Source: Coprobacillus sp.
Lineage (GTDB): Bacteria; Bacillota_I; Bacilli_A; RFN20; CAG-826
Reading direction: 5' to 3'
NCBI GenBank assembly: GCA_021203905.1
Contig: JAJQAG010000004.1
Location: forward strand, 65,090 to 129,089
DNA: 64,000 nt
Below are positions 1 to 11,557 of this stretch, one piece after another; the first letter of the stretch is position 1; each line of letters starts with the position of its first letter. The translations under genes were made by a program, and so were the position numbers. The notes under the pieces are model-generated. The model saw only the letters and a list, made by a program, of their open reading frames with translations, was not told the origin of the DNA and searched no databases.

Positions 1-44
1 ATAGAACTCTTATTAATAAACTCTATAACTCCGCTCCATCAGCG

Positions 45-1016
45 ATGATTGAACCAATGATGGAAGCTCTGTTTACCTTCCTTAAGGATACGAGTATCTC
101 TTGTTTTGTCAGAGCTCTCGTCATCAGTTTCTACGTTCGTTATGTTAAACCCTTCCCCGCTCTAAATAGTGAGATCTCTGTTCTTCTTATGAAAGCTCTT
201 CTCGTTAAAGAGTATGGAGCGAGTGCTGTCATTATCCCCTTAGAGAAATTCCTCTCTACCAACAACGACAACATTAAGAAGATGTTTACAGAAGTCCAAT
301 CCACAAAAGATATTACCTACTATGTCAATGTTACTATCCCCATTTTAAATAGTGCCTTTGATTCTATTTCATCTCGTCAATCTAACTTTGAAGCGGACGC
401 TATTCAAAGAGAATACTACGGAATGGGGGAAACTCAAGCCGAGCCAGAAGTTGCTCCTAGAGTCGTAGAGACTCCTCGTCCCACTCCCAAAGTGAGTGAA
501 GAGTCTGTCATTGTGACCGAGGTGAGTGAAGAGGCTATTCCCGCTCCTATTGTGGAGCCAGAGGCCACCCCAGTTGTGGAGAAAGTCGTCGCCCCAGCGC
601 CGCAACCCGCTCCTACCCCTATTGTGCAACCCGCACCCACACCTATTGTGAAACCTGCCCCTCAACCTATACCTGAGCCTCAACCCGCCCCTACAAGCAG
701 TGGTTCAGTGGCCTATGCTCCTAATCAATCTGTGATTGCAACTTATCTTCCACCCGCTTTAGATGAGAGAGAAGCTCAAAGACTTGAAGAGCATCTCCTT
801 GAACTTGATCCCACCATGCATCGTGGAGAAGCGGCCTTCTATGCTCGTCATTGTACCATGGGTAAAAAGTACACCATTCAGCAGTGCAAGAGGTATCTTG
901 AATGCGCTTATGAGACCGCCAGGAAAACTATGGAAAGATTAACTGAACTTGGCTATTATAAGAGAGAAATGGTGAAGAATAAGAGTGTGTACACTCCTAT
1001 AGAAAGAAAGCAATAA
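45..1016 (+). CDS. Hypothetical protein with a proline-rich PAPxP linker and a C-terminal winged-helix-like (FtsK-gamma-like) segment. The frame is open to the window edge, so the gene may start upstream.
   Basis: ORF of 323 aa. Repeats PAPTPIVQPAPTPIVKPAPQPIPEPQPAP. The C-terminal ~60 aa loosely resemble the FtsK gamma / wH pattern (…YETARKTMERLTELGYY). There is no in-frame stop between position 3 and the ATG at 45. Confidence 0.45.
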   Translation: MIEPMMEALFTFLKDTSISCFVRALVISFYVRYVKPFPALNSEISVLLMKALLVKEYGASAVIIPLEKFLSTNNDNIKKMFTEVQSTKDITYYVNVTIPILNSAFDSISSRQSNFEADAIQREYYGMGETQAEPEVAPRVVETPRPTPKVSEESVIVTEVSEEAIPAPIVEPEATPVVEKVVAPAPQPAPTPIVQPAPTPIVKPAPQPIPEPQPAPTSSGSVAYAPNQSVIATYLPPALDEREAQRLEEHLLELDPTMHRGEAAFYARHCTMGKKYTIQQCKRYLECAYETARKTMERLTELGYYKREMVKNKSVYTPIERKQ

Positions 1017-1020
1017 AACT

Positions 1021-1296
1021 ATGTTTGTTCCTCTATACGCGAATTCAACTGTCATTATCTTAGTCTCGATTCTTGCCGCGGCGGTGGTGATTGGTATCAT
1101 CGCCTATGTGGTTTATCGTTACACGCGACCAAAACTCAAAAACGATAAACCCAGTGAAGAAGAAGTGGCTCAAGAAGAACTAGATCGCCTCCTCACCCCT
1201 ATTGAGGATGAAGAAACCCTCAAAGAGATGAGTGAGTACGCCCTTAAAGAGGAAGAAGAAGAACAAGAAGACCTTGATCGTGACAAAGATCAATAA
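1021..1296 (+). CDS. Small single-pass membrane protein with a highly acidic C-terminal tail
   Basis: 91 aa. One N-terminal TM helix (VIILVSILAAAVVIGIIAYVVY) followed by an E/D-rich tail. Function unknown. Confidence 0.4.
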   Translation: MFVPLYANSTVIILVSILAAAVVIGIIAYVVYRYTRPKLKNDKPSEEEVAQEELDRLLTPIEDEETLKEMSEYALKEEEEEQEDLDRDKDQ

Positions 1297-2398
1297 TAAA
1301 GAATCTCAAGCCTTATATATTCATATTCCCTTTTGTGATCATCTCTGTTTTTATTGTGACTTCACTAAAGAGATCTATAACCAACTTCGCGTGGATGAAT
1401 ACCTTATTTCTCTTAAGAGAGAAATTGAGTCATATAATATTAAACCTAAGCAATTAAGGACTATCTATATTGGAGGGGGCACCCCATCCTCTTTAAATGT
1501 CAATCAACTTGAGACTCTCCTCAAGATGGTAGAACCCTACCGCGGGAAAGTGAAGGAATATACCTTTGAGGCTAATCCTGAATCTTTCACCCAAGAGAAG
1601 ATTCTTCTTTTAAAAGAGTATGGAGTGAATCGTATCTCACTAGGAGTAGAGTCATCTAATGATGAGATACTCACGAAGATTAATCGTAAGCACACCTTTA
1701 ATGATGTCGTTAATGTCACCCATCTTTTACAAGAAGCGGGACTAAATAATATCAGTTTTGATCTCATCTTAGGGCTTCCTGAAGTCACAGAGAAAATGCT
1801 TCTTAAAGACATAGATAATCTCCTCTCCCTTCATCCTAAACACATCTCTTGCTACTCCCTTGAGATTCACGATGGGACAGTGTTTGCAAAAAGAGGGATT
1901 AAGGAGATGGATGAGGATACCGCTTATAACCAATATCATATTGTGGACTCCGTCCTCACCCTTTGTGGTTTTCATCGTTATGAAGTCTCCAATTGGTCTC
2001 TCCCCCATTATGAATCAAAGCACAATCTCACCTATTGGATGAATGAGCATTACTATGGGTGTGGACTCGGCGCTAGCGGATATCTCTCTCATACCCGTTA
2101 TAAAAACACCACTGATATGAAAAAGTATTTACGTGGAGAGTATCTCGATAGTAGTGAAGATCTCTCCGAAGAAGATATCAAAGAATACGAGCTCATGCTC
2201 CCCTTAAGAACATGTCAGGGATTAAATAATAAAAGGTATAAGAAAGTGACTGGCATAAATCTTATTAAAACTAAGCAAAAAGAGATTAAAGAGATGGTGG
2301 ATAATGGTTATTTATACCAGAAAAACCGCCACAACATCACCTGCACTAATCGGGGTTTATTAGCCTTAAATTCTGTTCTTTTAAAATTAATGGATTAA
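1232..2398 (+). CDS. hemW: Radical-SAM heme chaperone HemW (HemN-like coproporphyrinogen III oxidase family). The true start is likely TTG 1274 or GTG 1280.
   Basis: Radical SAM motif YIHIPFCDHLCFYCDF. Sits at the position of hemN/hemW immediately upstream of hrcA, as in Bacillus. The ATG at 1232 overlaps the upstream ORF in another frame. Confidence 0.85.
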   Translation: MSTPLKRKKKNKKTLIVTKINNKESQALYIHIPFCDHLCFYCDFTKEIYNQLRVDEYLISLKREIESYNIKPKQLRTIYIGGGTPSSLNVNQLETLLKMVEPYRGKVKEYTFEANPESFTQEKILLLKEYGVNRISLGVESSNDEILTKINRKHTFNDVVNVTHLLQEAGLNNISFDLILGLPEVTEKMLLKDIDNLLSLHPKHISCYSLEIHDGTVFAKRGIKEMDEDTAYNQYHIVDSVLTLCGFHRYEVSNWSLPHYESKHNLTYWMNEHYYGCGLGASGYLSHTRYKNTTDMKKYLRGEYLDSSEDLSEEDIKEYELMLPLRTCQGLNNKRYKKVTGINLIKTKQKEIKEMVDNGYLYQKNRHNITCTNRGLLALNSVLLKLMD

Positions 2399-2458
2399 AA
2401 AAATAAAAAGGTAAAGACATAGTCTTTAAGACATACAAAATATCAAAAAATAAAATTT

Positions 2459-2485
2459 TTAGCACTTTTGTGTTGACAGTGCTAA
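2459..2485 (+). promoter_or_regulatory. CIRCE operator 1 (HrcA binding site): TTAGCACTT-N9-CAGTGCTAA
   Basis: Inverted repeat matching the CIRCE consensus TTAGCACTC-N9-GAGTGCTAA with one mismatch per half. It overlaps the -35 element. Confidence 0.8.
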
Positions 2486-2502
2486 TTTTTATTTGTGATA
2501 AT
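2473..2502 (+). promoter_or_regulatory. SigA-type promoter of the hrcA-grpE-dnaK-dnaJ operon (TTGACA-18-GATAAT with an upstream TGn)
   Basis: TTGACA at 2473-2478, TGtGATAAT at 2494-2502, RBS AGGAG before the ATG at 2547. Confidence 0.7.
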
Positions 2503-2506
2503 ATTT

Positions 2507-2533
2507 GTAGCACTTGGAGAGGTAGAGTGCTAA
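2507..2533 (+). promoter_or_regulatory. CIRCE operator 2: gTAGCACTT-N9-GAGTGCTAA
   Basis: Second CIRCE-like inverted repeat between the -10 element and the RBS. The right half is a perfect GAGTGCTAA. Confidence 0.8.
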
Positions 2534-2546
2534 AAAGGAGAAAAAC

Positions 2547-3582
2547 ATGAGCCTAAATCGTAGCGATCAAATTCTTAAATACATTGTCGAGTACTTCATT
2601 AAGAATGCAGAACCCGTGGGCTCTAAAACCTTGATTGAACTCTATAATCTCCCCTATAGCAGTGCGACAGTACGAAATGAGATGATGCACTTAGAAGAAG
2701 AGGGCTTTATTGAAAAGACCCATTCCTCTTCTGGAAGAGTTCCCTCCTCTAAAGGTTATCGATACTATTGTGATCACTTAAGAAACACAGAAGTGGATGA
2801 TGAATTAAAGAACTCTCTCGCCCAGGTACTTGCAAATAAGAGAAAATCCATTGAGGAAACCCTCCAAGCGAGTTGTGAGATTCTCTCCCATATGACCTCT
2901 CTCGTCTCCGTGGTTCTTGGCCCTGATGAGAAGAATGAGAAACTCGCATCTGTCCAACTCATCCAAATCAATGAGAAAACTGTGACTTCAGTCTTTGTTA
3001 CCGATAAAGGTTATGTCGAGAATAAGACCTTCATTGTTGAGGAAGGCCTCAATAGTGAAGATCTCGTCAACTGTGTGAAGATTATCAATGATCGCCTTGT
3101 GGGGACCGCTGTGAGTGACCTCGTTGAGAAGATGGAAGCAATCAAACCTCTTATTGAAGAGTATGTCATTAACCATGATGCTATCTATCAAGCACTTCTT
3201 GAAACCTTTGTGAGATTTGCCTCTGATCGATTATCACTCTATGGCAGAGATGAACTCTTCAACAATCCAGAGTTCAATAGTGACGCTGATAAACTCACAC
3301 GCGTCTTAAAACTATTAAATGATTCTAGTGCCTTTAAAGAAATCAGTGACCAAGATAAAGATGTGGGGATTCACATCGGTGATATTGTCGATAACCCCGA
3401 TATCTCCATGGTGAGCGCTAAAATCAAGATTGGAGAGGAAGGAGAGAATACCATCGCTCTCGTTGGTCCCACCCGTATGGATTACGATAAAGCGGTCTCC
3501 GCGATTGAGTATCTCGCTGATGAATTGAATAAATACTTCGTTTCTGGCGAAGACGTAAATAATGATGAAGGAGGAAATAGTG

Positions 3583-3596
<14 letters not shown>
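2547..3596 (+). CDS. hrcA: Heat-inducible transcription repressor HrcA
   Basis: 349 aa with typical HrcA length and position. Preceded by CIRCE elements and followed by grpE-dnaK-dnaJ. Confidence 0.9.
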
Positions 3597-6029
<2,433 letters not shown>

Positions 6030-6054
6030 TGATGGCTGCTTAAATCATATAACT

Positions 6055-6090
6055 ACCACCTGAGGGGTATCTGATACCCCTTTTGGTGGT
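6055..6090 (+). terminator. Intrinsic terminator/attenuator hairpin between dnaK and dnaJ
   Basis: ACCACC-tga-GGGGTAT-ctg-ATACCCC-TTTT-GGTGGT. The inner stem is 7 bp and is followed by a U-run. The outer ACCACC/GGTGGT arms can also pair. Confidence 0.7.
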
Positions 6091-6108
6091 TAATACAAGG
6101 TATTAACC

Positions 6109-7251
6109 ATGGCAGAAAAAAGAGATTATTATGAAGTATTAGGAGTTAGTAAGAGCGCGAGCAAGGATGAAATTAAATCCGCTTATCGAAGACTTGCCAA
6201 AAAGTATCATCCTGATAATCAACAGACGGGCGATGAAGCAAAGTTTAAGGAAGTCCAAGAAGCTTACGATATCTTATATGACGATAACAAGAGAGCGACC
6301 TATGATCAGTTTGGTTTCGCCGCTTTTGAGCAAGCGGGCACCAACCCAGGCGCTAACCCCTTTAATGGGGGTGGTGGTTTTGGGGGCTTCTCGAACCAAG
6401 ACGTGGATATCAATGATTTCTTCTCCTCATTCTTTGGAGGAGGGATGGGTGGTGCGAGAACCCAGAGAACTCAAAACGGCCCAATGAAAGGACAAGATGC
6501 CCTTTCAAGAGTCTCTATCGACTTCATGGACGCCGTCAACGGAAAGGATATGACTCTCTCCATCAATGTTGATGAGAAGTGTCGTAGTTGTGGTGGAACT
6601 GGAGCCAAATCCCCAAGCGATATCCACACTTGTGGCACTTGTGGTGGACGAGGCTATGTCCGTAGTCAAAGACGAAGTCTTTTTGGGGTCATGGAGAGTC
6701 AAGAACCATGTCCCAATTGTGGTGGCACTGGAAAGATTATCACAGATAAATGTCCCAATTGTAGTGGAAGAGGTTACGTTAGAAGCAAAGTTGACCAAGT
6801 CTTACATATTCCTGTGGGTATTAATGATGGTCAACAGATTAAAGTCGCCGGAAAAGGTGAAAGAGGGATTAATGGAGGCCCTAATGGAGACCTTTATGTG
6901 GAGGTATCCATTAAAAAGCACCCCTATTTCTCAAGAGAGGGCGATGACATTCATCTCGATATTCCTCTCGACTATGCGGATGCGTGTCTCGGATGTAAAA
7001 TTGATGTTCCGACAGTGTATGGGGATGTCACCCTTACCATCCCCGCGGGAACCCAATCCGGAACGATCTTAAGAATGCGGGGACAAGGCATTAAAAACCT
7101 CAGGACGAAAAAGCCTGGTGATCAATATGTTCACGTCAATATCAAGACTCCAGCGAGCCTAAACAAAGAGCAAAAAGAGGCCCTAGAAAAGTATAAGAGT
7201 GCGACCTCTGAAAATGTCTACGATAAATATAAGAAGACATTTAAAAAATAA
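6109..7251 (+). CDS. dnaJ: Co-chaperone DnaJ
   Basis: J-domain with an HPD motif (KYHPDNQ), a Gly-rich region and four CxxCxGxG zinc-finger repeats. Confidence 0.97.
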   Translation: MAEKRDYYEVLGVSKSASKDEIKSAYRRLAKKYHPDNQQTGDEAKFKEVQEAYDILYDDNKRATYDQFGFAAFEQAGTNPGANPFNGGGGFGGFSNQDVDINDFFSSFFGGGMGGARTQRTQNGPMKGQDALSRVSIDFMDAVNGKDMTLSINVDEKCRSCGGTGAKSPSDIHTCGTCGGRGYVRSQRRSLFGVMESQEPCPNCGGTGKIITDKCPNCSGRGYVRSKVDQVLHIPVGINDGQQIKVAGKGERGINGGPNGDLYVEVSIKKHPYFSREGDDIHLDIPLDYADACLGCKIDVPTVYGDVTLTIPAGTQSGTILRMRGQGIKNLRTKKPGDQYVHVNIKTPASLNKEQKEALEKYKSATSENVYDKYKKTFKK

Positions 7252-7254
7252 AAT

Positions 7255-7281
7255 AGGGAGTGAGAAAAAAACTCCCTTTTT
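7255..7281 (+). terminator. Intrinsic terminator downstream of dnaJ
   Basis: AGGGAGT-gagaaaaaa-ACTCCCT followed by TTTTT. Confidence 0.75.
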
Positions 7282-7332
7282 GCGTGTATTAACCAAAAAT
7301 TAACCGGATTTTTGATTATTTTGTGGGGTTTT

Positions 7333-7360
7333 TGTCAATTTTTGCGTTTTTCGCTAAAAT
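7333..7360 (+). promoter_or_regulatory. Putative SigA promoter for the island ABC operon (TTGTCA-16-TAAAAT)
   Basis: -35/-10-like hexamers with 16-bp spacing. An alternative TATAAT sits at 7434-7439, nearer the ATG at 7468. Confidence 0.4.
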
Positions 7361-7467
7361 ACCTAACAATACCCCCATTAAAGTCACTTATTTGTTTTTA
7401 TTTTTTCTCTTCACATATGCGCATAAATGTGTGTATAATACGTAAGATACGTGTGAGAGCGTACACT

Positions 7468-9807
7468 ATGACCTATTTAATCTGCTTATTAACTATTGTC
7501 ATCCCTGGGGGAATATATTCAATCCTTAGATTCTTAACAAAGATCTTCACTAAGGAAAGAATCGTTTGGTTATTAAGGACATTGGCTATCCTTGCTTTGG
7601 GTGTCTTTATCGTCAGATACTTCTCGACAGGAACGACCTTATTTACAGAAATCTTTGGTATGAAATCGAGTGAAGAAAATCCACAATTCTCTTCCTCTTT
7701 TACTTGTGTGATGGCGGATATCTGTGTGTGGTTTGAGTTCATGACGGTGATCATCGTGGTTCTCTACCCCTTCTTTATGAACAAATACCCCATCTTTATG
7801 AACTACGCTAAGTATCTCGGTCTCTTCTCCTGTGTCCTTAACATTGTCTTCCTTCGTTGGAGCGGCTTTGCCTTTACAGGAGATTACGCTTTAAACCTTA
7901 CCAGTGTGATGCTCGCGATAGAGATAGCCCTTGTCACACTCCTTTGTTTATATCCATACTCCGAAAAGGATGGGTATAAAATCTCTAAAAAAGAAGGAAA
8001 GGAAATGGGTATCTATCTTCCAGTAATCCTTCTTTTTTCTATCCCATTTTTCTTCTTCCAACCCCTAACTGGAAACCTTGGTCAATACCGCGCTGTGGAC
8101 TTTGATTTCTATCATCGTGTCTATCTCTATGCCGCGGTGGTTATCGTTATTGGGATGTATTTCTTACTCAGGAAGAGGGATCGGGAATTTATTCGTATGA
8201 TGTTGCTCTACGTCTCTCTAAGTATGCTGACAGCATACTTCTTCGATAAAGACTTTAACTGGTTCGCTTCTCCTAGTGAATATCCTCTTGGAATTATTGA
8301 TCTCTGTATGATCCTTATTCCCCTCTGTCTCTTGGTGAAGTGTAAGTGGCTGTATTACTTTACATTCCTTGTGGGAAGTGTAGGAGCCTTCGTCATGATG
8401 TTTATGCCCTCCTATAGTGCGAACTATGGCTTCTTCTATGCGGAGACGATGCAGTTCTGGATTGCTCAGATTGCGGTCTTTACTCTCCCCATCTTGATGG
8501 TGATGTGTCGAGTGTACGAGAGACCACAAAGTAAGGATTTAGGAGTGACTATAGGAGTCTTAGCCGCCTACGTCATTGTGGCAAGCTTTCTCTCTGGGTG
8601 GTTCAGCGGTCTATATGGAGAGTGCGACTTTGCCTATCTCAATAGTGCCTACCTTGCCTCTCAGATTGGAATGACCTCCTTCTTTAATAACAATGTGTGG
8701 ACTTTCTATCTTGGAGAGGTGGCGACTTCCATCCATCACTGGTATGTCTTAGCATACTTTGGCGTCTATGCCGTCTTTACAGTTATTGTCTATTATCTCT
8801 TTGTCTGGATCTTTTCCGTCCAAGACTACTTTACAAACATTGAAAATATTAATCATAAAATCCGCGTGGATGAATATATGAAAATGCAAGAACATCCCGG
8901 TGAAAAGGCAGGTGAGATTATGAATGAAGAAAGTGTCGACAAACTCGTTGTTAAGCATCTCTATAAGAGATACTCTCGTAGCAAGGTTTTATCCGTCGAA
9001 GATGCGAACTTTGAGGTGAGAGGGGGAGAGATCCTCGGCTTCCTCGGTCACAATGGCGCGGGTAAATCCACAATTATCAAATGTATCGTTGGTATTCAAC
9101 CCCCCTCAAGTGGAAGTGTGGAAATCAATGGCTACGATATCGCTAAAGAACCTGAAGAGGCCAAGATGCAGATTGGCTTCGTCCCTGATCACTATGCCTT
9201 ATATGAAAAACTCACCGGTCGTGAATATATTAACTATGTCGCTGACTTATATAAAGTCAGTAAAGAAGATAGAGATGAGCGATTAGAAAGATTATGCAAT
9301 AATCTTTCAATGACTAAAGCTATCGATAATCCTATTAATACCTATTCTCATGGTATGAAGCAGAAGACCGCGATTATGGCCGCCTTAATCCACGAGCCGA
9401 AACTCTGGATTCTCGATGAGCCACTCACGGGTCTTGATCCAACCTCAATCTATGAAGTGAAGGAGTGTATGAAAGAGCACGCCGCTAAAGGTAACATTGT
9501 CTTCTTCTCCTCTCACTTAATCGATGTCGTTGAGAAACTCTGTGATCGTATCATCATGATTAAAGAAGGTCACATCCTTCTCTCTGAACCCCTTGCGGAT
9601 ATTGAAGCGGAACACTCTGACCTCGAGCAATTCTATCTCGATGTCAATGCCACGCCCGTAGAGAGAAGAGTGGTCAATGATAAAGAGTTTAAGAAAATTA
9701 CTAAAGGAGAACCTAACGACTCTTACTTCTTTAAAACAGAAGATAAAGAAAAGAAGGTCAAAGTGAAAAAGGAAAAGGCTGAAAGTCAAGAAACTAGTGC
9801 GGAATAA
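7468..9807 (+). CDS. Atypical ABC protein with an N-terminal ~520-aa polytopic membrane domain fused to a C-terminal ABC ATPase domain. The ORF-track start at 7312 probably reads through the promoter region, with the likely start being the ATG at 7468.
   Basis: Walker A GHNGAGKST, signature-like YSHGMKQK, Walker B LWILDEPLTGLD, and an H-loop SSH. The Q-loop position reads IGFVPD, so D replaces the usual Q. The N-terminal half has many hydrophobic helices of unknown family. Confidence 0.75.
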   Translation: MTYLICLLTIVIPGGIYSILRFLTKIFTKERIVWLLRTLAILALGVFIVRYFSTGTTLFTEIFGMKSSEENPQFSSSFTCVMADICVWFEFMTVIIVVLYPFFMNKYPIFMNYAKYLGLFSCVLNIVFLRWSGFAFTGDYALNLTSVMLAIEIALVTLLCLYPYSEKDGYKISKKEGKEMGIYLPVILLFSIPFFFFQPLTGNLGQYRAVDFDFYHRVYLYAAVVIVIGMYFLLRKRDREFIRMMLLYVSLSMLTAYFFDKDFNWFASPSEYPLGIIDLCMILIPLCLLVKCKWLYYFTFLVGSVGAFVMMFMPSYSANYGFFYAETMQFWIAQIAVFTLPILMVMCRVYERPQSKDLGVTIGVLAAYVIVASFLSGWFSGLYGECDFAYLNSAYLASQIGMTSFFNNNVWTFYLGEVATSIHHWYVLAYFGVYAVFTVIVYYLFVWIFSVQDYFTNIENINHKIRVDEYMKMQEHPGEKAGEIMNEESVDKLVVKHLYKRYSRSKVLSVEDANFEVRGGEILGFLGHNGAGKSTIIKCIVGIQPPSSGSVEINGYDIAKEPEEAKMQIGFVPDHYALYEKLTGREYINYVADLYKVSKEDRDERLERLCNNLSMTKAIDNPINTYSHGMKQKTAIMAALIHEPKLWILDEPLTGLDPTSIYEVKECMKEHAAKGNIVFFSSHLIDVVEKLCDRIIMIKEGHILLSEPLADIEAEHSDLEQFYLDVNATPVERRVVNDKEFKKITKGEPNDSYFFKTEDKEKKVKVKKEKAESQETSAE

Positions 9808-9812
9808 AAGTT

Positions 9813-11555
9813 ATGGATGAGCAAGTAGTGGAAAAGAAGAGCTTTAAAGAGAGAATGTCTCACGTGTGGCACGCCGTGGCCTCTGTCTTTGCTACTGACC
9901 TTAGTGATGTCGCGGTACTCTACCGCATGCAGGTCAGAGAAAAGGTTGATTTCTCATATTTAAAGAGTGCCAAGAAAGCTCTTGGTCGTGGGCTTGTCCT
10001 TCTCGCCGAGTTTGCAATCGTCATGGCGGTTACTTATGGAATTCTTTGGGGTTGCCGTTATCTCGGTCTCTTCTCCCCTCTTGGCATTATTCCCACTTCC
10101 GTCATGAACGTTGTCTTCATCGTTCTCTTCCTCTTCTCCATCATCTCTTGTATGATTAGCCTTTCAAGAGATCTGTTTAAGGCGAAAGATAATGTCGTTC
10201 TTGAAACCTATCCAGTGAAGGCTAATGATATCTATCTCTCTAAGCTTGCGGTAGCGGTAGTGAAGGAAGTAAGAAGAACGATTATCTTCTATGTCCCAAT
10301 TTTCTTTGCCTACGCAGTGATTGCGGGACTAGCGGTCTACGCTTACTTCTGGATTCTCTTCTGGTTTATCTTCTTTACACTCTTTGAAATATTACTCGCG
10401 GGCATCTTAGCCCTTCCTGTCTACTATATTATTAGGTTCTTTAACCACTTCAACTGGGTAAAGATTGTCCTTGCGGTGGTCTTTGTGCTCGCTCTCATCT
10501 TCCTTGTGGTGTGGCTTGCCAGTATCATTCCCAGTAACATCAACCTCATAAGGACTTGGTCCGCAGTGAGTGAGTGGTTACGTGCTTTCCTCTCGTGGTG
10601 CACGGATAACCTGTATATCTTCTATGCCTTTACGACTTTCCTTGTGGGGAAACAACAAGGGGCAAGCATCATCTTCTTCACCAACTATTCTTGGTCAGTT
10701 CCTCTTATTATCATCGGTTGTATCCTCGTCTTCTTTGTCATCAATATCATTATCTCTAAGTACTTATACTTAAGGATTACGATGAGACAAAACGAGACCA
10801 CCCAAAAAGAGCACAAGGTCAAGAATAATGTCGCCCGCTCATCTTTTGGAGCGGGAGTCTACTACGAGAGTAAGAGAATCCTCTCCTATGGAGGAAAGCT
10901 AGCGACGATGATCACTGTGGTCATTGCCCTTCCACTGATGATTATCTTACTTAATCTTATCTATGCCGCGATGAAGACCAGACTCATGGGTGATTATCTC
11001 ATTGTCTGCTTTAACATCTTAGTTATTGTCCTGTTTACCACCTCCTCGAATGTGTGGGTGTCATCTATCTATTCAAAAGATGCGAATGCCCTGGTGATGG
11101 CAAGAACCTTCCCCACGAACTATGGGCAGACTCTCTTCCCGAGACTTGTCCTCCCCGCTTTAGTGACCGTTTTAACGGTTCTCCCTTCAACCTTTATCTT
11201 TACGATCCTGCAGGGGATTGGAGGTTGGGATATCCTATGGATAATTCTTATAGAATTATGCGTCTGTCTTGGTCATCTCCTTTGGAGTGCGGAGATTGAT
11301 TTCACGCATCCAAAACCTGAATTATATGAAACTAGTGGTAACGCTGCTTCTAACCCTAACGAAGCCAAGAGTATTGGTCTCTCCTTTGGATTAAGCGCGA
11401 TTACCATGGGACTTGTCTTAGTCTTCTTACTCATTAGCTCTAGTTATATGTATTTAAGAGTGCTATTATTTGCCGCCATCTTCCTCATATATCGTATTGT
11501 TTCCTTCTGTCTGAAGGGAAAGGCATTAAATAAACAAGAAGGAGGGAAGGAGTAA
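9813..11555 (+). CDS. Large polytopic membrane protein, a putative ABC-2-type exporter permease partner
   Basis: 580 aa with more than 12 predicted TM helices. It is translationally coupled to the upstream ATPase fusion, with a 5-nt gap. Confidence 0.55.
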   Translation: MDEQVVEKKSFKERMSHVWHAVASVFATDLSDVAVLYRMQVREKVDFSYLKSAKKALGRGLVLLAEFAIVMAVTYGILWGCRYLGLFSPLGIIPTSVMNVVFIVLFLFSIISCMISLSRDLFKAKDNVVLETYPVKANDIYLSKLAVAVVKEVRRTIIFYVPIFFAYAVIAGLAVYAYFWILFWFIFFTLFEILLAGILALPVYYIIRFFNHFNWVKIVLAVVFVLALIFLVVWLASIIPSNINLIRTWSAVSEWLRAFLSWCTDNLYIFYAFTTFLVGKQQGASIIFFTNYSWSVPLIIIGCILVFFVINIIISKYLYLRITMRQNETTQKEHKVKNNVARSSFGAGVYYESKRILSYGGKLATMITVVIALPLMIILLNLIYAAMKTRLMGDYLIVCFNILVIVLFTTSSNVWVSSIYSKDANALVMARTFPTNYGQTLFPRLVLPALVTVLTVLPSTFIFTILQGIGGWDILWIILIELCVCLGHLLWSAEIDFTHPKPELYETSGNAASNPNEAKSIGLSFGLSAITMGLVLVFLLISSSYMYLRVLLFAAIFLIYRIVSFCLKGKALNKQEGGKE

Positions 11556-11557
11556 AT

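Noticed and set aside
369-683. Minus-strand ORFs rich in Arg/Gly/Ala (104 and 68 aa)
   Set aside because: They are mirror images of the Pro/Ala-rich repeat coding region of the 45-1016 gene, which is a typical shadow ORF.
7312-7467. ORF-track N-terminal extension of the ABC fusion (MIILWGFCQF…)
   Set aside because: The extension translates the promoter region (-35/-10 hexamers at 7333-7360 and TATAAT at 7434-7439). The ATG at 7468 follows them and begins the hydrophobic domain. Similar over-extensions were trimmed for lipoprotein 3 (17794), the GH13 protein (21890), rpmG (35078), nfo (33080), relA (60418), xseB (50587) and grpE (3562).
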